A stretch of 64,000 bases of DNA from Desulfobacterales bacterium (lineage in GTDB: Bacteria > Desulfobacterota > Desulfobacteria > Desulfobacterales > UBA2174), in NCBI GenBank assembly GCA_963668645.2, contig CAXXWC010000015.1, forward strand, positions 120,074-184,073. Reading direction: 5' to 3'. Within the stretch, counting starts at the first letter, position 1. Every line of letters begins with the position of its first letter. Below the pieces are notes generated by a model. It was given only the letters and a program-made list of their open reading frames with translations. It did not search any database and was not told the origin of the DNA. Below, piece after piece: positions 10,077-20,355 of this stretch. A program made the position numbers and the translations under genes.

Positions 10077-11425
10077 AATCTCAAATCCCGAATCCGGATA
10101 CCACGAGCGTCTGCCCCGAATGCCTGGCGCGCATCGATGCGCGCTACGTGCGCAGCGGGCAAGACGTCTATCTGGCCAAGACCTGCCCGGAACACGGTGC
10201 TTTCGAGGCCGTCATCTGGCGTGGAACGCCGGATTTCGATGCCTGGTGCCGGCCCAAGATTCCCGGCCGGCCGGTCTTTGCCGCACAGGCAACAGTCCAC
10301 GGCTGCCCCTTGGACTGCGGCCTGTGCCCCGACCACCTCCAGCGCACCTGCACGGCGGTGATCGACATCACCGGCCGCTGCAACCTCGACTGCCCTTACT
10401 GCTTCGCCGATGCTTCCCCGACCGGCACCGACCTTTCCCTCGATCAGATCGACCGGATCCTGGCCAGCGTGCGCCGCAGCGCCGGACTGTGCAATATCCA
10501 GCTTTCCGGGGGTGAACCCTCCCTGCACCCCGACCTGCCGGCCATCGTAAATCAAGTGCGCCGCCACGGGTTCACCTTCGTTCAGCTCAACACCAACGGC
10601 CTGGCCCTGGGCCGGGATCCCGGATTTACCCGGACCTTGAAAAGGGCCGGTCTCGATTCGATCTTTCTTCAATTCGACGGCCCCAGCGACGCCATCTATC
10701 GGCGGTTGCGCGGCCGCCCCCTGCTGGCGGCCAAGCTGGCGGCCATTGAGGCCTGCGCTGAAGCGGGTATCGGTGTGGTGCTGGTGCCGACCCTGGTGCC
10801 GGGGGTCAACACCTCCGACGTGGGCGCCATTCTCGAATTTGCCGCGGCCCGGGTCCCGGTGGTACGCGGGGTTCATTTCCAGCCGGTGAGCTACTTCGGC
10901 CGCTGCCCGGCAGAGCCGGACGACGGCGACCGGGTCACCCTGCCCGAAGTAATCCGTGCCGTCGAAACACAGAGCGGCGGCCGCTTTCCCGCTTCAGCCT
11001 TCCATCCCCCGGGCTGCGAGCACGCCCGGTGCTCCTTCTCCGGCCAGTTCCTGGTGCTGGAAGGCGCCAGGATCCTGGCCCTCAGCCGCCGCGGATCGTC
11101 CTGCTGCGCCCCGGCCAGCGCCGAAGCCGGCGCCGGCCAGGCCATCGCCTACGTGGCCCGGCAGTGGAAAGCGGCGCCGGATGGTATGGCTGCGGATGTC
11201 GGCACATCGGCCCAGCAGCGGCCTTTATCCCTCGACGCCTTCTGCGAGCGGGCCAGGACCCATCTTCTTTCCGTGTCGGCCATGGCGTTTCAGGACGTCT
11301 GGAACCTCGATCTGGAGCGGCTGCGCGGCTGCTGCATCCATGCGGCACATCCCGATGGGCGGCTGATCCCCTTTTGCGCCTACAACCTCACCGGTCGCGA
11401 CGGGCGGCGGTTCTACCGGCCATGA
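10073..11425 (+). CDS. Radical SAM protein (TrsS-like)
   Basis: SVCPEC...CPEHG, CPLDCGLC, CNLDCPYC (CxxxCxxC), SGGEP, CCIH, IPFCAYN; start codon uncertain. Confidence 0.88.
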   Translation: MKSQIPNPDTTSVCPECLARIDARYVRSGQDVYLAKTCPEHGAFEAVIWRGTPDFDAWCRPKIPGRPVFAAQATVHGCPLDCGLCPDHLQRTCTAVIDITGRCNLDCPYCFADASPTGTDLSLDQIDRILASVRRSAGLCNIQLSGGEPSLHPDLPAIVNQVRRHGFTFVQLNTNGLALGRDPGFTRTLKRAGLDSIFLQFDGPSDAIYRRLRGRPLLAAKLAAIEACAEAGIGVVLVPTLVPGVNTSDVGAILEFAAARVPVVRGVHFQPVSYFGRCPAEPDDGDRVTLPEVIRAVETQSGGRFPASAFHPPGCEHARCSFSGQFLVLEGARILALSRRGSSCCAPASAEAGAGQAIAYVARQWKAAPDGMAADVGTSAQQRPLSLDAFCERARTHLLSVSAMAFQDVWNLDLERLRGCCIHAAHPDGRLIPFCAYNLTGRDGRRFYRP

Positions 11426-12759
11426 CCCGGTTGCCCGTCACACCGCTTGAGGCCTGGGTCGCCCGACGCCTCCACCTGCCCGCCGGCCTCCGGCCCGGCC
11501 CAGATGTCCTGGCGACTTTCCGATTGGCGGCTCTACGCCGCACCGTGGCCCATGCCCGCGACCGCAGCCCTTTTTACCGGAATCTGCTGCCGGCCCACAG
11601 CGCCGCCATCGAGGATATGGCTGCCTTCGAAAGGCTCCCGTTTACCACGACCGGCGATCTGCGGCAGGACCCGATGGCCTTCTTGTGCCTGTCCCAGGCA
11701 TCGGTGGCCCGGGTGGTGACCCTCCGGACATCGGGCACGACCCGGGAACCCAAACGGATCTTTTTCTCCCGCAACGACCTTGAAAGGACCATCGATTTTT
11801 TCCACCATGGCATGACCGGCCTGGTTCGGCCCGGAGAACGGGTCCTGATCCTTCTCCCGGCAAAACGGCCGGACAGCGTTGGGGATCTGCTGCGCCGGGC
11901 TCTGGCACGCATGGACGTCCAAGCGCTGGTGCCCGCCGATCCGCAGTCCATGGCCCGTGAAACGGCTCGGCACCCCTTTGACGCCGTCGTGGGGATGCCC
12001 CTGCAGGTACTGGCAATGGCCCGGCGTCCGGACCTGTGGACCGGGCCGGAACCGCGCAACGTCTTGCTCACGGGCGATTATGTGCCCCGGGCCGTGGTGG
12101 ACGTCCTGCGCGCCACATGGAATTGCAGGGTGTTCCAGCACTACGGCATGACCGAAATGGGCCTCGGCGCAGCGGTGGAATGCGCCGCCATGGACGGCTA
12201 CCACCTGCGCGAAGCGGATCTGTATATCGAAATCGTCGATCCGGATACCGGCTGGTGCCTGCCGGCGGGAAAAACCGGGGAGGTGGTCTTCACCACCTTG
12301 AACCGTGAGGCCATGCCACTGGTGCGCTACCGCACCGGCGATCTGGCCCGGTTCATGGATCGCCCCTGCCCCTGCGGCAGCCTACTGCGGCGCATGGCTC
12401 CGGTCCAGGGCCGGCTGGCCGGCCGGGTCGAACTGGTCCCCGGGCTGGTTCTGACGCTGAAAGAATTTGACGAAGCCCTGCTCCCCCTTGCCGGCGTGCT
12501 GGACTTCGAGGCCCGGGTCATGAGAAAATCCGCCGTCAACCGCCTGGCCCTGGTGGTCTATGCTGAAGGGGGACCGCCGCAGGACATTCTTTCGCAAAGG
12601 ATCGAAGCCGCTCTGGCTGCCTTGCCGGCCTTGAGCCGGGCCTTGACCGCCGGTGCCCTGGTGCTCGACCCCATCCGGATACGTCCCCCATTGACCGCGG
12701 CTGCGGCCTGGCCTGCAAAACGCAACCTCATCGAACAACGGAAAGCCGATTGTCCATGA
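11422..12759 (+). CDS. AMP-dependent CoA-ligase-like protein (PaaK-like, DVU_1553-like)
   Basis: TSGTT, HYGMTE, RYRTGD, CPCG; ATGA overlap with the radical SAM gene. Confidence 0.85.
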   Translation: MTRLPVTPLEAWVARRLHLPAGLRPGPDVLATFRLAALRRTVAHARDRSPFYRNLLPAHSAAIEDMAAFERLPFTTTGDLRQDPMAFLCLSQASVARVVTLRTSGTTREPKRIFFSRNDLERTIDFFHHGMTGLVRPGERVLILLPAKRPDSVGDLLRRALARMDVQALVPADPQSMARETARHPFDAVVGMPLQVLAMARRPDLWTGPEPRNVLLTGDYVPRAVVDVLRATWNCRVFQHYGMTEMGLGAAVECAAMDGYHLREADLYIEIVDPDTGWCLPAGKTGEVVFTTLNREAMPLVRYRTGDLARFMDRPCPCGSLLRRMAPVQGRLAGRVELVPGLVLTLKEFDEALLPLAGVLDFEARVMRKSAVNRLALVVYAEGGPPQDILSQRIEAALAALPALSRALTAGALVLDPIRIRPPLTAAAAWPAKRNLIEQRKADCP

Positions 12760-13811
12760 ATCGTGAAATCACCACCGCCATTGAGCGGCATCTGAGCACC
12801 GGGCGGCCGTTCGCGATCGCCACCATCATCAGCCAGCAGGGATCTACGCCCCGGATGCCCGGCACCAAGATGATCATTGCCGAAAACGGCACCTTCGAGG
12901 GCACGGTGGGCGGCGGGATGCTTGAAGCCGCCGTCATCGACCGGGCCGGCGAAGTGCTGCGAACCGGAATCCCCAAACGGCTGCAATTCAAATTGACCAC
13001 CGCGGCGCGCGAAACCATGGACATGATCTGTGGTGGGGTGGCGGAGGTGCTCATCGAACCCATCGATCCGGCGGCCCCTTCGGGGGCCTGCCTGGAAAGA
13101 TGGTGCCGCCATTGTGCCACGGGCGGCAAAGGGGGGCTGCTCACCGTTATCCGGCAGGTGGACGAGGACCGGATTGAGACCGGCCATCTGCTCGTGGGCG
13201 ACCCTGCGCCGGACCCGGGAAAACGGCCGCCGGATCTTGAAGCCCTGGCAGCACTGGCCGAAGCGGCCGCCGCCGGATCGCAGACCATGACCGTGGTGGC
13301 CACCGGCGAATTGCAAGGGGTGGTGGAAATCTTCCAGCAGCCCGAGACCCTGTTCATCTTCGGGGCCGGCCATGTTTCCCGGCCCACGGCCCAGATGGCC
13401 GCATTGACCGGCTTTCGGGTCGTGGTCCTGGACGACCGGAGCGAATTCGCCAGCCCGGACCGCTTCCCGGACGCCCACCGGGTCGTGGTGCTGGACGACT
13501 ATCAGCAGGCCATGGCAGGGCTCGCTGTGACCGGTCACAGCTTCATCGTCATCGTCACCCGCGGCCACCTGCACGACCAGACCGTCCTGGCACAGGCCCT
13601 GCGCACCCAGGCGGCCTATGTCGGCATGATCGGCAGCCGCACCAAACGCGAGACCATCTACCACAACCTGCGCCGCCAGGGGTTTAACGATGCCGACCTG
13701 GCCCGGGTGTCTTCGCCCATCGGGTTGGCCATCGGCGCCCGGACCCCCGAAGAGATCGCCGTGAGCATCGTGGCCGAACTGATCCAGCGGCGCAGCGAGA
13801 TCCGATCATGA
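12756..13811 (+). CDS. XdhC-family Moco chaperone
   Basis: GSTPR, GTVGGG, CGG, FGAGHV, VTRGH, GMIGS, PIGL, PEEIAVSI. Confidence 0.92.
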   Translation: MNREITTAIERHLSTGRPFAIATIISQQGSTPRMPGTKMIIAENGTFEGTVGGGMLEAAVIDRAGEVLRTGIPKRLQFKLTTAARETMDMICGGVAEVLIEPIDPAAPSGACLERWCRHCATGGKGGLLTVIRQVDEDRIETGHLLVGDPAPDPGKRPPDLEALAALAEAAAAGSQTMTVVATGELQGVVEIFQQPETLFIFGAGHVSRPTAQMAALTGFRVVVLDDRSEFASPDRFPDAHRVVVLDDYQQAMAGLAVTGHSFIVIVTRGHLHDQTVLAQALRTQAAYVGMIGSRTKRETIYHNLRRQGFNDADLARVSSPIGLAIGARTPEEIAVSIVAELIQRRSEIRS

Positions 13812-14956
13812 TCCGGGCCGCCGAGGCCGCCGCCGTCGTTCTGGCGGCCGGTTTCTCACGGCGTATGGGACGGTTCAAGCCCCTGCTGCCCTTGGGCGGC
13901 CGCCCCATGATCGCCTGGAGCCTAGATCTGTTCACCGGCTGCGGGCTGTCCCAAATCTGCGTGGTAGTCGGACACCGGCACGACGAACTGGTGCCGCTGC
14001 TTGCCGCCCGGCGCGTAACCGCTGTGGTCAACCGCGAGTTCGAGCAGGGCATGTTCTCATCGGTCAAGGCCGGGATCCGCGCCTTGAGCCGGGACTGCCG
14101 CGCCTTTTTCGTCCTGCCGGCCGACATTCCACTAATCCGGCCGGCCACCATCGACCGGCTGCTCGAAGACTTCGATGCGCCGCGAACCCGGATTGTACTT
14201 CCCTGCTTTACCGGCCGAACGGGCCATCCGCCCCTTATCGACCGGGACCTGGCGCCGGCGATTTTACAGGCCGAAGAAGCCGGAGGGCTGCGCGCGGCCT
14301 TGGGCCGCTGGGCCGCTGACACCCTCGAAGTCCCGGTGCCGGATCGAGGCATCCTCAACGACGCCGACCGGCATGAGGATTACGAAGCGCTTCAGGCGGC
14401 CTGGCGCCGACGCGAAATCCCCGATGCGGAAGAATGCGCCGCAATACTGGCCCACCGCGGCCCGCAGGCCGAACCCATCGCCCGCCACGGCCGGCAGGTG
14501 GCCCGGGTGGCCGCGGCCTTGACCGCGGCCTTGAAAGAAGCCGGCGTCGAACTGGACGCCGGCCTGATCCGGGCCGCAGCCCTGGTTCACGATCTGGCCA
14601 AGGGGACGACCGATCACGCCCGTGCCGGTGCAAAACGGCTGCATGCCTTGGGCTTTTCGGCCGTGGCCGAGATCGTGGCCTGCCACCACGAAATCCTTAT
14701 CGAGCCTCAGCGACCCATAACCGCGGCTGAAGTGGTCTACCTGGCGGATAAAAGGGTGGCCGAGGACCGGCTGGTGGGCCTGAAAGAACGATTTGCAGCG
14801 GCCCTGGCGCGCTACGGTGCGCTGCAAGATGCGAGAATCAATATCCAGCGCCGCCGGGACCAGGCCTTAGCCGTCCAGAACCGCATCGAGGCGGCCATCG
14901 GCCGATCGGTCGACGGCCTGCTAAAAGAGGCATGCAAAACGGAGAGAGTCCCATGA
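13808..14956 (+). CDS. MocA-like nucleotidyltransferase fused to an HD domain
   Basis: LAAGFSRRMGRFKPLL, GMFSS, DIP, GHPP; C-terminal H...VHDLAK...HH...ADK. Confidence 0.88.
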   Translation: MIRAAEAAAVVLAAGFSRRMGRFKPLLPLGGRPMIAWSLDLFTGCGLSQICVVVGHRHDELVPLLAARRVTAVVNREFEQGMFSSVKAGIRALSRDCRAFFVLPADIPLIRPATIDRLLEDFDAPRTRIVLPCFTGRTGHPPLIDRDLAPAILQAEEAGGLRAALGRWAADTLEVPVPDRGILNDADRHEDYEALQAAWRRREIPDAEECAAILAHRGPQAEPIARHGRQVARVAAALTAALKEAGVELDAGLIRAAALVHDLAKGTTDHARAGAKRLHALGFSAVAEIVACHHEILIEPQRPITAAEVVYLADKRVAEDRLVGLKERFAAALARYGALQDARINIQRRRDQALAVQNRIEAAIGRSVDGLLKEACKTERVP

Positions 14957-15633
14957 CAGCGGATTATCCCGCACCCAAGCGGGTCTACCTGCTGCGCCAC
15001 GGGCACGTGGAGACCGGCGGCCAAAGGCGCTACATCGGCTGCACCGATCTGCCTTTAAGCCCCCGGGGCCTGGACCAGGCCCAACGTCTGGCCGGTGGCT
15101 TGGCCCGCAGCGGGGCCGGCCGGATCGTCTCGAGCCATCTGACGCGCGCCATGCAGACCGCCCAAATCATCGCCGCCCCCCTGGGCCTGGCGGTGCAGAT
15201 CGAACCGTCCCTTAGCGAAATCGACCTGGGGGCCTGGGAAGGCCGGGAAATGGCGCAGGTGCGCCGGGCCGATCCGGAGGCTTACCGCCGCCGGGGGGAA
15301 AATCCGGCCGGATTTCGGCCTCCAGGCGGAGAATCCTTCCAGGATCTGGCGCATCGCGTGGTGCCGGCCTTTGAACGGATCCTGGCCGGCTCTGTGAACG
15401 TTTCGATCATCGTGGCCCACGCCGGTGTCAACCGGGTCCTTCTCTGCCACCTGCTCTCGATTCCGCTGAACAGACTGTTTCTTCTGGGCCAGGATTACGC
15501 TGCGGTAAACCTTATCGAACATCGGGGTCAAAACCTTGTCGTACGAACCGTCAATGGTTCATGCCCCGCCCTGGACGCCCCGCCGGGCCCGGGCACCGAC
15601 CCCGATGGCTCTGGAGCCCCCCGATGGACCTGA
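14953..15633 (+). CDS. Histidine phosphatase family protein (CobC-like)
   Basis: LLRHG, GAWEG, PGGES, VAHAG. Confidence 0.88.
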   Translation: MTADYPAPKRVYLLRHGHVETGGQRRYIGCTDLPLSPRGLDQAQRLAGGLARSGAGRIVSSHLTRAMQTAQIIAAPLGLAVQIEPSLSEIDLGAWEGREMAQVRRADPEAYRRRGENPAGFRPPGGESFQDLAHRVVPAFERILAGSVNVSIIVAHAGVNRVLLCHLLSIPLNRLFLLGQDYAAVNLIEHRGQNLVVRTVNGSCPALDAPPGPGTDPDGSGAPRWT

Positions 15634-16145
15634 AGATATTCGAAACGATGGATCGGGCCGGGCTGATGGCCTATCTGAAGTTTTTGCTCTGGCACTACCG
15701 GGTGGTGGACGCCTTCTGGTTTATCAAGGTGGCCGAGCGCTTCGACCAACCAACGGCCGAAGCGCTCAACGAAGAGGTGTGGGGCAGGGTGTCCGCCATG
15801 GCGGCTGAAGATTTGGCCGAACGCTTCGAGATTCACGAAAAGGGACTGGCCGGTTTCGTGCGATGCCTGCGCCTCTTTCCCTGGTGCATCCTGGTGGGCT
15901 ACCACATCGTTCAGACCGAACAGGAAGTGGTCATCACGGTCCCCTCGTGTCCCACCCAGATGGCGCGCATCCGGCGGGGGCTGGGCGAATACGTCTGCAA
16001 GCAGATGCACCGGGCCGAATTCGCCCGCTTTGCCGCGCAGATCGACCCGCGCATCCGAGTGCACTGCGACTTCGCGCCACCAGATCCGCACCCGGCCGAT
16101 CTGTTCTGCCGCTGGCGCTTCACCATGGCCGATGACGGCGATTGA
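15624..16145 (+). CDS. Conserved hypothetical protein (DUF6125-like)
   Basis: VDAFWF, CPTQ, C..MH..EF, C..APPD.HP...C.W; overlaps the upstream stop. Confidence 0.7.
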   Translation: MDLKIFETMDRAGLMAYLKFLLWHYRVVDAFWFIKVAERFDQPTAEALNEEVWGRVSAMAAEDLAERFEIHEKGLAGFVRCLRLFPWCILVGYHIVQTEQEVVITVPSCPTQMARIRRGLGEYVCKQMHRAEFARFAAQIDPRIRVHCDFAPPDPHPADLFCRWRFTMADDGD

Positions 16146-16165
16146 AAATCACCTCGGATCGCGGT

Positions 16166-17008
16166 TCATGCCGCTGGCCCGGCTTTTTCGGCCACCGCCT
16201 TGAAGAACGTATAGCAAAAGACCCCGTCGCTTTCAGTGGTCCGGTACAAGGCCCGGATCCCCTCATCGAAGGTCGCCGCATCGATCAGACCGGCGTCCAT
16301 CGCCGGCTGGCGCACACCCTCGATCATCGCGGTAAACGTCTTCTTGGTGAAGCCTTCCACCAGCCCGGGGCGGCTGGCATCGACATACACCATGCGCGGC
16401 GACACCCGTACGGCGGCCAGACCGGCCGCGGTCAGCAGCGGATAGAGCGATCTGCCGATATCGGCATTGCCGCCGGCCCGCCGTTGCAGCTCGACCTGGC
16501 ACTGGATCGCCCGGCAGGCCGCCGCACTGGGCGGATGAAAATAGGCCGATCCGTGATCGCCTTCGATCACGGTGAGGGTCCCGCCCTGCCTGAGAACCTT
16601 CTTCAGTCGCCTGAGGGCCTCCACCGGCTCGGGCAGGTGCTCCAGCACGAAACAGACGAAGACATGATCGAAGGAGCCGGCCGCAAACGGCAGGTCGAAG
16701 ATATCGGCCTGCTGGAAATGCACGTTGGAAATGTTTGCACCATGAACTTTGCTGCGGGCTTGTTCCAGTGAACTTTGCGAGATATCGACTGAAACGATAT
16801 GGGCCTGGGGGCTGTTGCGCGCCAGGGTGAGGGTCTGCGCCCCCACCCCGCATCCGGCCTCCAGCACCCGGCTGCCCGCCGCATAGACGGTGTCCGAGTG
16901 CAGCAGTTCCACCAGGGTCGAAGCCTGATCCTGAAGGCGCAGGTTCTCGCGCCGATCGTATCCGTGCACGTAGTCCATGGTCGGTTTGTCGGAGTCCTTG
17001 CAGAACAT
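16166..17008 (-). CDS. Class I SAM methyltransferase
   Basis: YVHGY, VLEAGCGVG, FDHVFVCFVLEHL; alternative start at 16978. Confidence 0.85.
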   Translation of the reverse strand: MFCKDSDKPTMDYVHGYDRRENLRLQDQASTLVELLHSDTVYAAGSRVLEAGCGVGAQTLTLARNSPQAHIVSVDISQSSLEQARSKVHGANISNVHFQQADIFDLPFAAGSFDHVFVCFVLEHLPEPVEALRRLKKVLRQGGTLTVIEGDHGSAYFHPPSAAACRAIQCQVELQRRAGGNADIGRSLYPLLTAAGLAAVRVSPRMVYVDASRPGLVEGFTKKTFTAMIEGVRQPAMDAGLIDAATFDEGIRALYRTTESDGVFCYTFFKAVAEKAGPAA

Positions 17009-17279
17009 AAAAACCCCGCCACTGGTTTCGGCTGGATTTGCTTTTAGTCTATTGTCCGTCCGGAAATGGTAGATTTTGGTTCCCGGCAAGGCCCGAGCGG
17101 GTATTCAACCGGAGACATCGTCCACTATTTCGAGGCTTGAAAACGATCCAGGCCGCCGTCAGGGGCCGCAAGATGCCGTTTCCAGACTGGCAATAATCTA
17201 AACCGTTTCCATTGACATCGCCACTAGTTTTTCGTTAATCGTGGCGTTTCACAACTTCCATTCACGCCAGGGAGACAAA

Positions 17280-18917
17280 ATGCAAATCGGCAGTTACGCA
17301 TACGAAGAATTCAACAAACTGACCGCCTCCTTTCACGGAAACGCCGCGCCGGGAGTAATCCTCGGCGGCATCATGGTTCAGGAAGGAATCAGGCGCCTGC
17401 CCCAGGGCATCCTCTACGATGCGGTCTGCGAAACGCGCCACTGCCTGCCCGACGCCGTCCAGTTGCTCACCCCCTGCACCACGGGCAACGGCTGGCTCAA
17501 GGTTCTGGACCTGGGCCGTTTCGCCTTGAGCCTGTTCGACAAGTTCAATGGCCAGGGGGTCCGGGTTTTCCTCGACCCCGAACGCGTCGCCGCCTGGCCG
17601 GAAGTCCAGAAATGGTACCTGAAACTGGCGCCCAAGAAGGAACAGGACAAAAATCGGCTCATGGCCCAGATCCGGGAGGCGGGCCCGTCCCTGCTCGGGT
17701 TCGAGGAAGTGCACATCAAGGGCTCCTATCTGGGCAAACGCTCCCGCGGGGTGATGGTCTTGTGCCCCCTGTGCAAGGAGGGTTACCCGGCCGTAGACGG
17801 TGGAATTTGCAAGGCCTGCCAGGGCGAGTCCCCCTATGAGGAGAAAGGACCGGGTCGGCAGGACGAAGCCGATTTCCCAAACCCGGAATTGGTGGCCGCG
17901 CCCGTTGAAATGGCGTTAGGCCGTCACGTCCTGCACGACATGACCCGCATCATCCCCGGGACCCACAAAGGACCGGAGTTCGTCAAAGACCAGGTGATCA
18001 GCGCCGGCGACCTGTGCCGGTTGCATCAGATGGGCCGCCATCAGGTCTACCTGGCCGAGGATAATGCCCCCGGACCTGAATGGGTCCATGAGAACGAGGT
18101 GGCCCTGGCCTTTGCCACGGCTATGGCCGGACCGGGAGTCGCCTTTGCCACCCCCCCGAGGGAAGGCAAGATCAGCCTCGTATCGGCCGTCGCCGGCCTC
18201 CTGGTGGTGGATGAAGCACGCCTGACCACCTTCAACCTCCTGCCCGGGGTGATGTGCGCCTCGCGTCACAGCTACAGCACGATGGCAAAAAACCGGGTGG
18301 TGGCCGGTACCCGTGCCATTCCCCTCTATCTGGCCCGGGAGGCGTTCGAGAAGGCCATGCAGCTTCTGGCCGACGGCCCCCTGTTCAAGGTCCTGCCCAT
18401 CCGGCCCCTGGAGGTCGGGATCCTGGTTACCGGCACCGAGGTATTCCTCGGCACGGTGGAAGACCGCTTCATTCCCATCATCCAGAACAAGGTCGAAGCT
18501 TACGGCTGCCGGGTGGCAAAGGCCACGGTGGTTCCCGACGACCGCGAGGCGATTCGCCGGGGCGTGGAGGATCTGCTGCATGCCGGAGCCCGCCTGGTGG
18601 TGACCACCGCCGGCCTGTCGGTGGACCCGGATGATGTGACCCGTCAGGGGTTGCAAGAGGCCGGGGCCGTCGACATGCGCTACGGCGCGCCGATCCTGCC
18701 CGGCGCCATGACCCTGCTGGCCCGCATCGGCCAGGTACCGCTGATCGGGGTTCCGGCCTGCGCCCTCTATTTCAAGCGCACCAGCTTCGATCTGCTCCTG
18801 CCCCGGCTCCTGGCCGGTGTGGCGGTCACCCGCCACGATCTTGCACGCATGGCCAACGGCGCCCTGTGCCAGGAATGCCAGACCTGCTCCTTTCCCAAAT
18901 GCGGATTCGGCAAATAG
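17280..18917 (+). CDS. FmdE-domain, Zn-finger and MoeA/MogA-like fusion protein
   Basis: FHG..APG, CLPDAVQLLTPCT.GN, CPLC..CKAC, then a paralog of 2515-3540 ending CQECQTCSFPKCGFGK. Confidence 0.85.
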   Translation: MQIGSYAYEEFNKLTASFHGNAAPGVILGGIMVQEGIRRLPQGILYDAVCETRHCLPDAVQLLTPCTTGNGWLKVLDLGRFALSLFDKFNGQGVRVFLDPERVAAWPEVQKWYLKLAPKKEQDKNRLMAQIREAGPSLLGFEEVHIKGSYLGKRSRGVMVLCPLCKEGYPAVDGGICKACQGESPYEEKGPGRQDEADFPNPELVAAPVEMALGRHVLHDMTRIIPGTHKGPEFVKDQVISAGDLCRLHQMGRHQVYLAEDNAPGPEWVHENEVALAFATAMAGPGVAFATPPREGKISLVSAVAGLLVVDEARLTTFNLLPGVMCASRHSYSTMAKNRVVAGTRAIPLYLAREAFEKAMQLLADGPLFKVLPIRPLEVGILVTGTEVFLGTVEDRFIPIIQNKVEAYGCRVAKATVVPDDREAIRRGVEDLLHAGARLVVTTAGLSVDPDDVTRQGLQEAGAVDMRYGAPILPGAMTLLARIGQVPLIGVPACALYFKRTSFDLLLPRLLAGVAVTRHDLARMANGALCQECQTCSFPKCGFGK

Positions 18918-18989
18918 CAAGAATAGATGCCTCATCGGATTGAGAACGGAGAACCGGCCCCCGATCAGCCCTATACAAGAAAGGGTGGA

Positions 18990-19020
18990 CCGATTTTATG
19001 TCATTGTTGACATATATCGG
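18990..19020. promoter_or_regulatory. Palindromic operator-like site
   Basis: CCGAT-TT-TATGTCA-TTGT-TGACATA-T-ATCGG; same core as the box at 1273. Confidence 0.4.
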
Positions 19021-19308
19021 AGGAAGTACTCGCACCGGGCCGCCTGGGGCAAGATAAGGGCAACCGAAACGGCCATCGGGGAAAATCATCCAACGCAGCG
19101 GCCACCGGCGCGACGGGCATGAACTGACCGATTTGGGCAGGCATCTCAAGGACAGCTTCAATCATTGGTTCGACGCGGTCGAACGCTACGCCCTGCAATC
19201 GGCCGAACAATCCTTCCCATGGTCCCTGCAGCGGTTTCCCGCCTCCCGGGACAACGCGTCGGCCGCCCCCCCCTGATACTGCTGCAAAGCAGGCTCGACA
19301 ACCGCTGC

Positions 19309-20355
19309 TCAGACGCAATCCGACCGATCGAGCCAGCGCACATCCTTCGGCCGGTAAGCCACCTGGATGGCATCCCCGGGTAAAAGGGCTTCGGCTTGCA
19401 GCGCTTGGGGTTCGAGGATGACCGTCAGCGCCAGCTCTCCCACCGCTACCGTGACCACCACCTTGCCCGAACGCCGGATCAGAGCCAGGCGCAGGACGGT
19501 GCCTCTGAGCCGCATGCGGCCGTCTTGGCAATCAGGCGCCTTGGTGAGCCCCAACTTCCGGGATTCGATAAACGCGGCGGAGGAGGGATCGACGCCCGGC
19601 AGAGCCACGAGTTCCTGGCCGTCGGCCAGCGGGCGGTGCCATCTTCCGTCCGGACCGGGCACCCAGGGGCCGGGGAAAAAAGTACGCGTGCCGGCGGGAA
19701 AGAGGGCCCCTGCAAAAAGATGCCAGACCGCGTCGCAGATCTCGAAAAGCCAGGACCAGTCGTGACTGGCCACGATCAGCGTCGTGCCCCACTCATCCCG
19801 GGCCGTCAGGGCGGCCCGGCGGATGCGTTCGGCGCTCTGCGCGTCCACGCTGGCGGTGGGTTCGTCCATCAGCAACACTTCCGGTTGCAGGGCCAGGCGC
19901 GCGGCCAGAGCCGTTCGCTGGGCCTCACCGCCGGAAAGGGCGTACCATGGCCTCCGGGCGAAGCGCTCCGGGGCCAATCCCACCGCCTCCAACGCCTGAT
20001 GGACGCGACCGGCCGCTACATGCCGCCCCTCGCGCAACTTTAGCCCGTAAGCGACATTCTCGAACACCGAACGGTTCATCAGGTAGGGATCCTGGGGTAA
20101 GAGGGTCACCCTTGAGCGGATGCGCGGGTCAAAGGGCGCGGCCGGCGCGCCTTTGAAAAAAAGCCGCCCCCGGCTGGGCGTCTCGATAAAACCGAGCAGC
20201 CGCAGCAGGGTGCTCTTGCCGCTGCCGTTGGGCCCCATCAGCCCGATAATGGCCCCCGGGGCGATCTCCAGGTGGGGCACGCTGAGCACGCGGCGGCCGC
20301 CGTAAAGCTGCTGGAGGGTTTCGATGCGGTATATGGGCGGCACGGGAAGACTCAT
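19309..20355 (-). CDS. tupC: Tungstate ABC transporter ATPase
   Basis: GPNGSGKS, LSGGE, LLMDEPT; operonic with tupAB. Confidence 0.85.
   Translation of the reverse strand: MSLPVPPIYRIETLQQLYGGRRVLSVPHLEIAPGAIIGLMGPNGSGKSTLLRLLGFIETPSRGRLFFKGAPAAPFDPRIRSRVTLLPQDPYLMNRSVFENVAYGLKLREGRHVAAGRVHQALEAVGLAPERFARRPWYALSGGEAQRTALAARLALQPEVLLMDEPTASVDAQSAERIRRAALTARDEWGTTLIVASHDWSWLFEICDAVWHLFAGALFPAGTRTFFPGPWVPGPDGRWHRPLADGQELVALPGVDPSSAAFIESRKLGLTKAPDCQDGRMRLRGTVLRLALIRRSGKVVVTVAVGELALTVILEPQALQAEALLPGDAIQVAYRPKDVRWLDRSDCV

Noticed and set aside
2515..16145. Selenocysteine read-through in the MOP accessory genes, as some homolog families include selenoproteins
   Set aside because: The ORFs appear full length with Cys at motif positions, and the TGA codons fall at natural C-termini or ATGA overlaps.
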